Shown: positions 24,987 to 38,600, numbered from the stretch's first letter. The stretch is DNA of 64,000 nucleotides from Haplodiscus bocki (GCA_965655095.1 OZ296648.1:147064001-147128000); one strand, 5' to 3'. The notes: generated by a model from the sequence alone, not told the origin. Made by a program: numbers and translations.

Positions 24987-26344
24987 CTAAATATACAAAA
25001 AAATCTGAAAAAAATTTTGATGAGGCGGGATATTGCAGAATCATCTAATGTTCCTTATGAATTCAAAAATTTCGAGATTCCTCGAAAAAAAGTTATTAAG
25101 ATATGGAAAAACAGTCATAAATTTAGACAGTCTAGAAAGATAAATAATTTGAACAAGTTTTTGAAAACATTGAACATTCTAACATGGAAGCGAGGTTGAA
25201 CTTCGCAACACAATGACTTGTCAGTTAAGCTCAATAACAAATATTATACATCAAAGAGAGACAATTGACCCCTGATCGGATACATGATTGACTTTTAGAA
25301 AAACTACGCCAGCTGTCAACCAAGTGTTTCTACGAAAAAAATTGAGTTGAGACAAACACCAGCCACAGTGTCTCCCACTCGAATATTTGATCTGTTAACA
25401 ATGTTTTTAGGACACGCCTTTTCACTGCCCAATGTTTGCGAAAGCCACACACATTGAGCAAAGTCAAAATGAACAAGTACCAGCTACACTGTCGAAAGTC
25501 AAACACAGAGGCGAAGTTTTAATTCGCATACACTTGCGATGAAAATGAGAAAGGGCATCGCCTGAATGCCCTCCGACGAAAACAGTTGAATTGATTCTCA
25601 TTAAGTTTCCAATATAGGAACAATTACACGAAGTGGAAACTACAGCTTTTGAAAAGAAACGCGTTTCATCAGGATTTAAATTAGCCATTGAGCGGCCCCA
25701 ATTCAACCGATATTCTCCGAGAACAAGTTTTCAAAAAAGACCACATGTTACAAAATTTCGATTGAAAAATCGAGACAAGTGAAACGGGACATGCCTTCTT
25801 CTTCTCAGATTCTTCATATTGCAGTCTTCTATATGAGTAGAAGATGGCCGCAATCCAACCGGCAACCTTTGAGATGAACTTTGAAAGAAGATGCAGAAAA
25901 AGTTTTCGAATTATGAACAAAGAGCAGTAGAAGGCTGCAATCCAACCAGTAGTCTAGGTGAAAAAATTTCGGAAAAGGAAGCCAGTAAACATTCGAACTT
26001 CAAACTACACGTCCACAAATTTCGCAACGAAAAAATGAAACGACAAATTCCGCTTCTCCACAGTTTGGCTTTTGAATGAGCACTAATCTTCAGAACATCT
26101 CTGAAAAAGGCAAAGAAATGAGTCTGAGAAAACAACTGAGGTAATTCGCGCGGAAAATGTAAAATGGGACGTCCCTCTCTGTTCAGATTCTCGACATTGC
26201 GCGAAATTGAATGAGCAACGGATAAATGCAGTCTCAAGCATAACTTTCTAAAAGAAACAATTAACAAGAGAGTTTACAGCCACATAATGATCGACACAAA
26301 TAGCAAAGTTATACAATTATCTCTGCTTAATACTTACCTGCTTA

Positions 26345-29300
26345 CCGGTTTATTAACGTTTAAATCACCTGCTTGTATTTTCCCGCCAAACTTTCCCTAG
26401 CGTATTAGCTAAAAGACAATGAGAGTTGAGCGGAGGGGAATGATGATCCTATTCCATAACAGTTGCAGATATATCAGAGGCACAGCGGAACTTCGAACAG
26501 CTGGCAACTCAATTTCCTCCAGTACTCCGAATTATCGCAACAGCAGGACCCATCAAACCAAAAACTTTTCAAAAATATGAATACTTTCGAAATTATCGAA
26601 TTTATACATTTACACCTCACTAAAAAAATCGAAATTTGTCGGTCTGGGTTAAAAATCATTTTTGCCTCAAACTGCAAAATTCGCTTCTTCAAAAAGTTCG
26701 AATGTGAAAAAATGAAAAAAAATCCAGATAAAATCGACTTTTACATTTGAAGTTTCTACTACCTCAAAATTTACAATGAACAAAAAGCCGCCTTACACCG
26801 GAAGGCGCTCACTTTTTTTCAAAAGGAGGAGTTTAATACAACAAAAACTTGAAAATATATTCAGAACAGTATCATCTGTGTTTTTACCGTATCTGACACA
26901 AATGTAGCCAGAAGGCTCAAATGGCTATCATGGAGAGTAAACGAACAAAAACTCGACAAGTAGCAACCTTCAGCAGTTCCTGGCTAACTCTGGAACGCTT
27001 AGACTATCATTTCAAAAAGGATCAAAAATCTGAGAAAGATCTCAAATTTACAATCTGTACTTCATTGAGATGGTTGCGGAGTTCATTTGCAGACAAAGAG
27101 CAAAAGCTATGCAAAAAATATCGAAAACAGTCGTTTTTGGAAACTACAAAAAAACTCAAAAACCACCATTTCACAGCCTAAAAAAAACAATTCATGAACC
27201 ATAGTGAAATATGCCCTCTCGTAAAAATTGTTAAATCACTCGTAAAAAAAGCAAACGCAGAAGGCAGAACGGGAAATACAAAACTAAAAAGCGCAATTTC
27301 TCGTCATTGCCCCACCCAAAACCTCGGGAATCAGCAACTTCGGATCTTCCCACTGTGTAGAGCCATCTTCGTGTTTCTGTCGTTCTAGTTCAGCCTACTT
27401 GATAGAAAATTGATATTGAAAGCGAAAGGGTGAAATATGGAAAAATTATCAGATTAGCAAGTTTTAACCCAATTTACAGCACCAAAAATACCATTCAAGC
27501 CACCGGAAACCTCAAAAAAGAATAGGCTGGCAGACCTGTACTGCAAATGTATACATTTGTGGTTCTGTATTATATTGGTTCAGAAAAACATCGAAGTGAG
27601 ATGGAAATTAAAATTGCGAAAGTTCCCAAATAAATCGGGTAAACAAGCTAACTTTCGCCGAATTTGACACACTAAACACTCCATTTTTTCACACGGACGT
27701 TGAAAAATTGGAAAATTTTTTCACAGAATAACGTTTCTCATATTTTCGTGCTGTATGCGTTGGCAAAAAAAATGATTCGCGAGGCAAAAGAGCGAAAACT
27801 GCAGAAAATGCAGCAAATTTAGCTTTTTTTGCACAGTAAAAACTCGAAAGAGTGTTGTGTTTTTTACATGCGAGAAAACTGCCAGATAGTTTAAGTTGCC
27901 ATTAACTTCGTCAAAGTCTTCCCGAAAAAAGTTGACTTGGTAGGGAAAACAGCGAAAATTTGGGGGAGAAATCAAAACCGATTTGGAGCAATCGGAAATT
28001 TGGCTCAACTCTACAAATGATTAATTTTTGAAAATTTTCGCACCAAATTTAGATCTCGCTGAAAATAGTCAGTAAACTTGAAAAGTCCTCAAAGCAAAAA
28101 ACATCTCTCCCACTTGAGGGATTAGGTCGTTTTTCCGCAAAAGATGCCAAAAATGAGGGAAAGGAAAATATCCAAAGCAAAGAAAAATGGTACAAATGGG
28201 ATTCGAATAGGGATAATTCAAAAAACCAACAGACATAGCCATTCTCATAAGCTGCTACGCTATCAGGTAGTTTTTCCAGTTAGAAGCGAAGTTCTTCCAA
28301 CTGCTCATCTTGCACGAGTTCTGAAAAAGAAACGAAAATGCTTGTCGACCATAATAACCTGACGCAGCCACCTGCAACAGAGCTTTCCACAGATGGAATA
28401 CGATAGGAAGTAGAGCTTAAGCTTTACGCGGTGAATAGTGATCAAGGAAGTCTTGTCGAGAACAGCAATCACGTAAATTTTCTAGAACGATTCGAATCCC
28501 ATATTTGAACATTTTCCAAACAAAGTATCAAACTGAATAACCCTGGCTTCGAGATTTTACCACCTGCGAGTAGTTGCAGAAGTCGCGGAGGAAGGTTGCA
28601 AAAATTTGCAGATTGCAATTAAAACAATAGTTATCTGCCAAAAGCGAAAATACAATTTTGCTTCAAAAATTATCCAAACTTCGAAGTTTTTAGATTTCTC
28701 AACGTTTCTCGACTATTGCTCGAAAATAGATATCCCTGTCGTCCAGCAGAAATCATCAATAGAGAAAAATGCACTGCCAGCGTAAGGTTTCAATCCAATC
28801 AAAAGTGTTCAGGAAACTCCGACTACCTGTTAACTTCAAGCGAAGCAAGTAAATGTAAATATTAAACATTTAATGAGAGTTGGCAATAGCCAGAAAACAA
28901 AAAAAATGTGAAGCGTAACGACTTGAATCGCAATTAAATATTAGCAAATTCTTCTGCCACAGCAAAAATTACTGCTATTCGGCAGAGGGGCTGGCTGAAT
29001 ATTAATAACTGTACGCTTGCCGTTATTTGAGAAAGGCATGGCCAGAAAAGCTTTTTGGTGAGGAAAACAGGAAAAAATTCAAAATAGCAAAGCTCGAGCA
29101 AAAATAATTAATTTATCACTCATTTCACACTTAAAAATAAGAAAATGACCGTTTTTGCTGTAAAACTCTAAAACTTCACTCAAAATATTTACGTTCGTAA
29201 TAATTTTCCACAATAAGTTGTTTTGGCAGACAAAAATCTCGAAACTAGCGAGTTTTTTCGTTTTAGCATTAAAAATGTGGAAAATAGGCCCTACTCATTA

Positions 29301-29430
29301 AGACTATTTTCTACCTAAATTAATAGAAGATAAGCTGAAAATTTAAGTAAGTTGTAGATTTTGTATTGTTGGCGGGAAATTTACAAGCAGGCGGAACCAC
29401 TCTTGCGAGCAATTTGAACGTCAGCGAAAC
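26345..29430. mobile_element. Putative non-autonomous DNA transposon (inverted termini) inside the methyltransferase intron
   Basis: CCTGCTTGTATTTTCCCGCCAA (26368-26389) is inverted relative to TTGGCGGGAAATTTACAAGCAGG (29369-29391), with weaker outer symmetry (ACGTTTAAAT / ATTTGAACGT). No TSD was resolved and there is no coding interior. Confidence 0.5.
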
Positions 29431-29861
29431 GAAATTTTACTTCGTTCAAAAATGCGACAGGAAAAAAAACTATGACAAAAGTGTTGACAAAAAAAGAGGT
29501 CTCACTCGCTTCGCTCACTCACCTCCAAAAAACTAGGAGTATGCCGGTTTCTATAGACATTCTTTGTTTCAGTCCGAATGTGTAAAAAAATCAATGCGGA
29601 CTGTTTCTAAATTATCAATCAAACATTCGGGCCTTTCATAATAATAAACCGTTAGCTAGCATGCCTTGCATGACCCTTCAGATTAGAAAGGGTCGAAAAG
29701 TGTGATCGTCTGAAGTTTCCAATCAGATAAACTTACAGTTTTAACGCATCCAGTCAAAAATTTCTCCAAGATTACTCGGGGCAGAGAATTTCTAGGATTC
29801 TAGGATGCATGCCAAACTTCTAACCACAACGACTCCGCAATGCAAAACTTCTCAAACTTAC

Positions 29862-30163
29862 TTTATGTATTTCACGTTCTGAACATCGTTGTCACTGTGA
29901 TTCGCAACGTCGGTTTGACTCAAACTCCGATCCACTCCGAGCACTTTCCCAAAGTAGGGCGCCAACTTACGCGTGAACAGACCAGTGCCACATGCAACGT
30001 CTACCACCATTGAATCTTCCCGGGTTGTAATACCATGTGAAGTCTCTGTCCCATGCCCAAACTTGACAGAATTGGCAACTCGTTTCATAAGAACATCCGG
30101 GTACGAAGGACGATAAAGGTTGTAGAGCTTAGATTGGTTTTTGAAACCAAAAACATCTCGCAT
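29862..30163 (-). CDS. Exon 1 of a class I SAM-dependent methyltransferase (Methyltransf_11-like)
   Basis: MRDVFGFKNQSKLYNLYRPSYP (family N-terminal Y..yRP.YP), motif I VVDVACGTG and post-I VLGVDRS. Donor ATAAA|GTAAGT at 29862/29861 (phase 2) matches exon 2, giving a 4875-bp intron. Confidence 0.88.
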
Positions 30164-30829
30164 TGTAAAGAAATGAGCTTATGTAAGGGGATTAGATTTT
30201 GCTTCACCGTAGCCTAATATTTAATCTTCCAACTTGACATTGGCCCATACAACTTCAGATGTTTACTGAACGATGAAGCATTTGCAAAAACGCATCGAAT
30301 TATCTGATATGTGTGTTGTGGTGACATTGCTGCAATTCAAATAGAGGCCCCAGCCGATATGCAAACGTTTTTTGGTGCCACAGAAATTCCTGCTGGTCAA
30401 ATAGGTTTTGAATCGATGTCAGTTTGGTCATTTAAACGAGGGAACTGAATTTACTGTCAAGGCACTGACAATCCTCCTTCCACAAACGCTATCCTTGAGA
30501 CGACGATAACTAGGTAATGGATTTATCACTGATATTGCTGGCCAGGTCATTACCAAATCTAATCTGAAGATAAAAAGAGAAATAAAAACATCAAACTTGC
30601 TAAACGTGAACAAAATTCAACTTGTAGAGGTCCTTGAAGTGTTTCAAACCTGCATTTTGTGTATCAAGAGATAAATTTAACATTTTGAAGGTTTATGAAT
30701 CAACAACAACCCACCCCTCAGAAGCTTCTTCCTCCAAAATGTTATATTCCATACCTCAAATATAAACGAAAAACACAAAGTTTCACAACACCTTGACTCA
30801 TCAGATGCTATCAAAGGTAATGTACAGAA

Positions 30830-31690
30830 GTGATTTTAATTAAGTGAACTCCTGAGCAAAAATTGAACAACTTTAGAGCTTATTTTTTCAAAGCACAACA
30901 GTTTTACGAGGAAAGAGTAAAAGCAAAAATTATGAAATTTTTCTTGACTTTGTTGCTTTTTTGTTCTGAAATCGGTCCAATAGTTGAAAATTTATGACTA
31001 CCCCAATTTCGGCCATTTTTACCAAATTTGAGGTTTTTCTCGAAAACTTTATAAACTACAGAAATACAGGTGAACGCCCAGGTGCAATTTTACAATTTTG
31101 TGGAAAATGAAGTCTTTAAAAGCTTATGTTACTTAACTGAAATAAATGTTCTACACATTCAGTTATGAGGATTATCTTTTTCGGAGTTCAGATTTCCAAA
31201 AATTGTTGAAGCTCAATGAACGGCCGAAACTTCGCAGAATATGTCAAAACTGAAGATTTTCATTGAGTTTAGGTGAACTGAGCAAAAAATTAAGTAAAGT
31301 TGGAGCCCATTTTCTTTCTCAATATACAATGATTTCCTGAGAAAACAGTGAAAGAAAACGTTTCTTCGATTTCAAATGAGATTTTACTACTGTTTTGTTT
31401 TGGAATCGGGCCAAAAGACAGGACTACAGCAATTTTGGCCATTTTTCAAAAATTAGAGATTGTTCTCGACAATCTCTTATGAACTGCGAAAATAAACAAA
31501 TTGAAACGCTCAGGTACCGCTTTGTAGCTTTGAATCTGTCGAAAATTTTGACTCCAACAATTTCCCCAAGAAAAGAAGTGTTTGAAAGTTTACATTGTTC
31601 AAATGAAGTAAATATTCTATACATTTTCTTTTCGAAAGGTTCCTTTTCGGATCTATGAAAATTATTGCAGCCTGACAAACTAAAAGATAA
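30830..31690. repeat. Degenerate tandem duplication, ~430-bp unit
   Basis: GTGAACT(CC)TGAGCAAAAA occurs at ~30844 and ~31272. AATCGG.CCAA..GACTAC..CAATTT.GGCCATTTTT occurs at ~30970 and ~31404. Confidence 0.6.
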
Positions 31691-31849
31691 TCAACTGAAA
31701 AACAGTGTAAAGCTATGAAACAGTGCATACTGTTTTTTTCTTTCTCTTTTGACATTTTGAATTATTAATGCATGGATAAAAAGGTAGCAATCTTGGAAGA
31801 ACGAGCGTCTACAAAGAGAATGAAATTTGGGTGAAATTCGATTATCATC

Positions 31850-32053
31850 TGTTCATGATCTAAAATCTCAAATCATGATACTCAAAGTAGGACCAAAAAA
31901 TTGTAAAGTTAAAGGAGTTAGTTGCATTAAGTAACTATATTTAGATGACAACATTATGATAGCCGATAAAGACCAAACTCCAATTCATAAATTGGAATTA
32001 ACGATTAGTAAAAAAACGCTTCTCTTCTAATCGCTCAAACAGGCCAAATCACA
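31850..32053 (+). repeat. 5' LTR
   Basis: TG...CA termini. Roughly 80% identical (by eye) to 40577-40775 and followed immediately by a TGG primer-binding site. Confidence 0.9.
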
Positions 32054-32064
32054 TGGTGACAATG
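32054..32064 (+). promoter_or_regulatory. tRNA primer-binding site
   Basis: TGGTGAC lies directly after the LTR's terminal CA and is complementary to a tRNA CCA end. The first 7 nt fit tRNA-Trp, but the identity is uncertain. Confidence 0.65.
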
Positions 32065-32311
32065 TTGTCAACCAGAATCCACCACTGACTCTTTTCGCTC
32101 GAGCAAATTTTGGAAAACTCGACTGGCAAGTCTCGAAAAGTAACCAAAATGTTGAGGCAAAACAAAAATCTTGCTAAATTTCATCTCAATGTCAACCTGA
32201 ACTAATCGTCTCTGAACATTCTTTAACAGTTACTGCGAGTAATGAGAACTTTTCCTTGTTGATACCTTCATTTTCAAACCTGCAAATTTCAATTCATTTC
32301 CACAAACTTCA

Positions 32312-33214
32312 ATGGCCAATATTCAGCCTATCGTCAATATTCCACCTTTCAAGGGTTTGGAGAGCGAAAAATTCGATGAATTTGAACGCCAACTAAATAG
32401 TTCTATCGGTGTGCCTGGCATTGCAGTTGGAGACCGACATCTCTATCTACATTTGCATCTCAAAGGCGGCGCACTTGCCAATTACGAGTTAGCAGCCGCT
32501 ACCAGAGTCGATTTCGACCAAGCGATAGCACCACTTCGACAACGCTATGTCAACCCGCAACGACAGGAACTCAAGCGCATAGTTTATAAGTCGCGGAAAT
32601 TCAAGCCAGATGAAGAAACAGCTAGTGATTTTTTCACAGACATGCAAGGACTAGCAACCGAAAGTTTACCTGACGCAGCTGTAGTGGCAGCACAACATTG
32701 CAGAGCAGCTCTAGCAGTAGAAGAAAGCTAACGAACGTTTTCGCCGTGTAAGTGAGGCCTTCATCAATGGCCCGCCAAAAAAGCCAAAACGCTATCTCCT
32801 CACCCAGCCCGACAATAGTTCAGTTGAAAAATTGTGCGACAAAGTCTCACGGCGCAATGCTTTAGAAAAACTGTGACCCGAAGGCGACCTAGATACAACC
32901 TTCAATGAGGTATCTACCCCAAAGCTGAACTGAGTAACAACTTGTGTTGAACAACTTCGACATAACTCAATCTACGATATAAGAGCAAGTGGACATGTCG
33001 AAATAACTTGCCTCTCAGGGGCCTAATTACCATTGGAACCCAAATCACTGGAACCCTGAACGACCGCGGCGTGGAACCCATCAAGACTGGCGTGGTAAGT
33101 TCCGAGGCTGGCGAGACAAACACGCCTCTCGAAACCAAATGCTGTGTACTGCAAGCAACGTCCTTGCCGTCATTGCGACTCAATTGGACACACAATGCAG
33201 AACTGTTCGTCTAA
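32312..33214 (+). pseudogene. gag remnant (capsid plus CCHC zinc knuckle)
   Basis: IPPFKGLESEKFDEFERQL..LHLHLKGGALANY..LRQRY is a retrotransposon capsid pattern. A knuckle CRHCDSIGHTMQNC (CX2CX4HX4C) lies at ~33165-33206. Interrupted by stops and frameshifts. Confidence 0.8.
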
Positions 33215-33299
33215 ACCACCAGCTCAACATGCAGTACAGCTGCAGTACTAACAGCAGCCAAAAAAAATAAATAAGTGATTCACGCCAGCACTCTTTTAA

Positions 33300-36050
33300 T
33301 TATTTACTTTATTCTTTCTCTTCTTTTCTTCCCTGCGTCCCTCTTTCCTTTCTCAAAACTAAATTCACTGCATTTGTTACTTCACCTTTTTTCGGTAATC
33401 CAATCACAAAATCCTGAAGCCATAGGTTCTACATCGTCTGAGACCTCCAAAGTTGAAGTACCTAATGGCAATTTAGTTTCCATTCTAGAACGTGCAGAAC
33501 TTTCGTTTTCACTGGTTGGTCAAAATTTGACCGAACAATTCATATTTCGCCAAAACTGAACAGTCCTATTTTGAGCCTTCCATTTTTTGAGAAAAACAAC
33601 ATTATTGACCCCAAAACGCGCACTCTGTCGTTACTTGACTTGACTTAACAGTTGAATGAAATTTCTCCCCCAACAGGGAATGTCAAGAAAACGTACTAAA
33701 AACAAAAGTTTCTTTGAAAACAACAAAAAAATCAGTCATTCGACTTCAAAAGCCAAGAAAAGTTAAACTGTAAACTAACGAATGATGAGCTACCATTCGA
33801 AACAAACGCAATTTTTGAACGTTCAGTCGACAGGAATCACAGCTCCTAAAGGAACCCTGGTGGCAAAGGTAACCCTTTTGCAACCACAACAAGCACATTT
33901 CTTACAACCTGTTAACCCGGACTGAAAAACGGATTATCTCAATCCAAGCGTAAATGAACTGATCGCGTCGTCAAACAGTTTTGAGATGATTTCCCATCCC
34001 AGGACGGTTTCTGGTTTGCCACACCGGAAACGTGCAAAAAGCCTGAAAAGTTGAATGGAATTGCAGAACGAATTTACGACGAACTTTGTCAACCTAAGAA
34101 TAAAGAAAACCTTGATCCAACGAAAGATCCCGAAGCTCAAAGCGAATTTTTTAGCAAGTTTGACTGGGACAAATCCATTCTATCACAACTCGAAAAACCG
34201 AAATGGACAAACTTTTGATCGAATTCCATCCATGACATACTTTCACGACATCGACGGCAACAAGGATTTCAAATTCAAGCTGACTCCCGAGCACCACAAG
34301 CCGATGTACACTCAGGGGCCACCGACTCCAATCCACTTAGGAGAGGATCTCTTAGTGCAACTTGCTCTCATGCAATATTATGGTAGAGTAACAACTTTAC
34401 CGTAATCGAAATATTCAAGTCCCTCGTTCGCGCGAAGAAAAACGTCAGGCGCCCTGCGCCTTTTGAATGATCTGTGCCGAACGGATGATTTGATCCGACA
34501 CGATTATGATTCGCAAAACTTTCCCAACACCGCAACGGCTGATGCCAGTGCGCATTTAGCAGGAAATAAGCTGTTCGCCAGTGCACATTTAGCGTGAAAG
34601 AATTCAGTTCATTGCTGCGGACGTACTTGGATGCATGTAATGCAGAAGACGTGCTTCTAATACGTTGATGATTTGGGCACAGCAACCCATACTTTTTACG
34701 AGCTTTTGACTAACTTAAGAAGTATTTTCGAGTGCATGCGAAAATCAGCATTAAAACTCACAGTTCACAATTATGAGTTGGGTTTATCTGAAATTCAGTG
34801 TTTGCGAAGTTCCATAACGACCCAGGGAATGTCACCAAGCTGTGAAAAAGGTTAGAAAATCTTGAACAGTCTAAAAAGGCAAAAACACCGAAACAAAACC
34901 GTCGATTCATAGGTTTTTTCAGTATTTCAGGGCCTTTTTACCGAAACTGTTAACGATTCATTCCTTCTAACACTTTTACGGAACAACGAAGAACTAAAGT
35001 ACGCACAAGATCATCATGATGCAATACACTATCAACAGATACCTAGCGAAGGCAGTTGATTCTGCGCGTCGCTTACCAAATGCAGGCGCTCAAAATATAT
35101 TTATGGCTGATGCCACCCTCTATGCTGCAGGCTTTGTCCTAAGGATAGATTATATTGACGATCAAAGGGCCAAGCCTAAGAAGACCTCCGTGCCAGTTTC
35201 GCTCGGATCCAAAACTTTCAACCCTACTCATTTGAAACAATCCATTTATGCTAAAAAATTCTCAGCTCATTTTGCGTTTGCCTCATTCGCGCATATTCCA
35301 TAAGAGAACCAAACAAACATTTGCTTCAACTGATAACCGTAGTCTGACAAACTTTTTTCAAGCAAAAACATTTCTTGCGAGCTTAAGGTCACATGTTGAC
35401 CATGTGCTAAATTTCAATTCCATTTTGGGACACATTCCAGGGGAAGTAATTGTGGCCGCCGCCTATTTGTCCAGAAATTACATAAATCCTGACAAACTAG
35501 AATTGAATTAGGACGAGCCATAAGTAATTTTAACACGTTTGCCAGCAGTTTTGAGCCCGACACAAGTTTCCCTGATTCAGGATTTTGGTTTTACACCGAC
35601 AAGAAATTCACTATAGAGCCTCGTGCTGAACACTTGAATAATGAAAACCAGTTTTTGCTGACCACACCTATCAGCTCAGCGGTTCAAAATCAACCTAGTG
35701 GCTTCTTAGATTTGTCAAACGAAACGTTTGAAGGTTCTACGGAACGAGAATTGGATAATCTTGCTGAATTTCCAAACATCAAACATCGGAACTTTTTTCT
35801 ACCGCAGTAGAAACTTTTCCAGCTTCTAGTTTTACTAGCGCTGGCTTTCATGCTCCACATTTCGTCTAGTCGTTCCGCGACCCCCAGTGGTGCAAGGGTT
35901 TCCCTAGACTTCGGGTTTTTGTGCAAATTTAGCACGTCTTTGGGAATGAAGCGTCGCACACATTCTAACATACCGCGTCGTCATTCTCCGGCTGAAGTTT
36001 TTCAACCTGGTCAATTCAATTATAGCCTCACTTAAAATTTCCGCAAAAGA
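33300..36050 (+). pseudogene. pol remnant: RT and RNase H; part of RT and the whole integrase deleted
   Basis: PPTPIHLGEDLLVQLALMQYYG..SKYSSP (gypsy RT N-terminus), YVDD at 34661-34672, RNase H ADATLYAAGFVL and TDNRSLT..HIPG..AAAYLSR. No HHCC or DDE integrase motifs follow. Confidence 0.8.
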
Positions 36051-36279
36051 AGATTGTCCCCCAATTGATTGATTGCTGGAAGTACCACATCTAAAACTAA
36101 TACTGTGACAATCTCAAACAAGACCCCGATGACTGACTCTCATATTCCTCGTCTGCCTGTCGTAATCAGTCAGCCGATAACGTCATGTCATGCTACCATT
36201 TTACTGAGTTCATATCATTCTCAGTTTGTCAAAGATATCTCAATTACTTGAAGCTTTTCCTTAATCAATTAATTACCTC

Positions 36280-38600
36280 GTTGATTCATTGTAATTTTGC
36301 CTTTTTGCTCGGCTATATCGGTTGATATCCGGTATGTGGCGTCGTTCAGCTTGATATCGACCTAATTAACCTGTGAAGTCATTTCCATTATGACTACCAA
36401 CATCAGGCTAAATATTTTTCACCAATCGATGTATTGTTTGCCTAATCTCTTTTCCGTTTGCAAATTGATCAATTCAACAACTGCTTGAACGTCCGTTTGC
36501 CTTAAACATCTAACCGCTAAAATCATTTCGCCAATTTGAAACACCTTTTTGAAAGTACTCGCAATGATTTCACGCGTGCTCGTTACGTTTATGCTAGTGC
36601 AACCTTCACAAGAGGTTGCACCGATAACGAACCCCACGGAGGGAATTTTGTTCAACTATCAGCAAACAATTTTGCTGGCAAAAAATCGTTAACATCCAAT
36701 TCGTTTAACCTTTCCCATTTTTCGATAACTCAGTTTCGCAATACATCACTGTTATCGCACTGAAACATGACGATCTTTGGAACTACCCGAACTATGGATG
36801 CAACCTTACTGATTCCAACGACACAAAAATGAACTCCAGTAACCGTTGGATCTACGGGGACACCCGCATGGAGCACATTCGTGCACATGACTTGCGCCAC
36901 CTCAAATTGGAACTAGCCAACACTTAATACGTCCAAAAGTGGACGATACGAAACGTCGCCTCGCTCTCATTGCCGCAGGCCTCTTGTACTCTGCTGCCGC
37001 AGGACTTGGCCTTGGCTCATCCTGCTTTCTCAAGGTTTTTTTTGTGGCTGCAACCAGTTAGCAAAAGAAAATAAACGCGCCATTAAGGGTGCAATTCAAC
37101 ACATGCAGAGAATGCATAGTAAATGGATTCATGTAAAAGAAATTACAAACGACAAGTTCCAAGTGGTTGGACCAGAGTTGAAAGAACTCCGACGCATCCA
37201 GGATCAGATAGCCTCCATTCACCGGAAAAACGCAACAAAAAAGATAACTCAGCTTCAAATCTTCAAGCAATGTGTAAATTTAATCAGAAATTGCGAGCAG
37301 GAAATTTACGTTCTCGGAGAAATGAACTATAATGTTGCGGTTTTAAATTCAATTTTGTCTTATCTTTATACTCAACACAAAATTTTCCGTGCCTCTCTTT
37401 ACACCTTCCGTACCAACACTTTCACAGCACTTGCGCCTATTATTGATGTTTTTCTGCCCGTTTCCGTTATTCCAAATACACTTTGCACAGCATCCTTCGT
37501 GAACTTGTGCTACAACAAAGTGAAGTAGGTTCCCGCCTTAACTTAGCTAATCCAATCGGGAATCTTTTGACATATAACGGAAGAAAACTCTTGCGCCGGG
37601 TAGTTTCGTCAGAATTTGGGCTTGTTTTAACTCTGGCAGTTCCTTTCTTTTCACAAGCAACAGTACTACAATTTTATCGCACCAATAAAATTCCAATGCC
37701 TGACAGACAACGCTAGGGCTTCCGTTTGGCATATCGAAACTGATTACTTAACAGTCCATTTACAAGGCCAAGAGTCAACTCTGCTGACAGCCCAAGATTT
37801 GAGTCAGTGTATCGGCTCGACTACTTATCATTTAATTACTCTGGTTTTGCAAAGAAAAGAATCAAAACTCATGCCTCTTAATTTTGTACTTCGAAGACTC
37901 GCTGGTTGCTCTGCAGTCGTGTGATATCAAGTCTTTTCACCTTCCATTGACAGAAAAAGGTAAGGTTGGCCGAGGCAACTGGCTTATTACGACCGCATCA
38001 AAAAAGTACATCATTTCACAAACTGACACAGACCCAAACACGAGCAACAACAAAACCCTGCAGACCGGGACGTAAAAAGTGTATCGTGTAGAAGCGACCT
38101 CCAAGGACACAACATCCATCTACGATCTGACCTCGCAATGTGTGCAACCCAAACGACGCGTGTTCTGGACATTGTATTACCAGCGCCTCTGATCTATCTT
38201 TTCCAAACGTCCGCCACTTCACGATCTACCATAGTAGTCAGCCATGAATCCGCAATACTAAATTTTTTGGTAAAAGTGCAAATGGAATTCGCTCAACTTC
38301 CGGAATTCAACCGAAGGAACCTGGAGATCGATGAAATTGCTATCCCTATCACAAGCCGCATGGAAACCATTACCCGCAGCTTTTCTCTCGACTGGATGCA
38401 ACAGTTCGTTTCTGGTTTTGAACGAAAAACACTACGACCAAACCCTTGCGCTTCTTTGCAGGCGGGAACTTTTGGAATCATTCTTCCTGCAAACACCCCC
38501 AAGTATTTGAAAGACACAGCTGGAAGTGACCTCACTCATTTGAACTGAAATATATTTAAAAAAAAACGTTTCACACAATGAATTAATCAGCAAACATAAA
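36280..38600 (+). pseudogene. env-like class I fusion glycoprotein remnant
   Basis: Basic site KRR (36951) is followed by the hydrophobic Gly/Ala-rich LALIAAGLLYSAAAGLGLGSSC, then heptad-like segments (ORF 37103-37528), LVLTLAVPF..LQFYR..IPMP and a Cys-spaced region. Frameshifted; no intact TM anchor was seen. Confidence 0.7.

Noticed and set aside
28190-28260. Additional tRNA-SINE head (GGGATTCGAAT)
   Set aside because: Only a partial B-box match; too degenerate to call.
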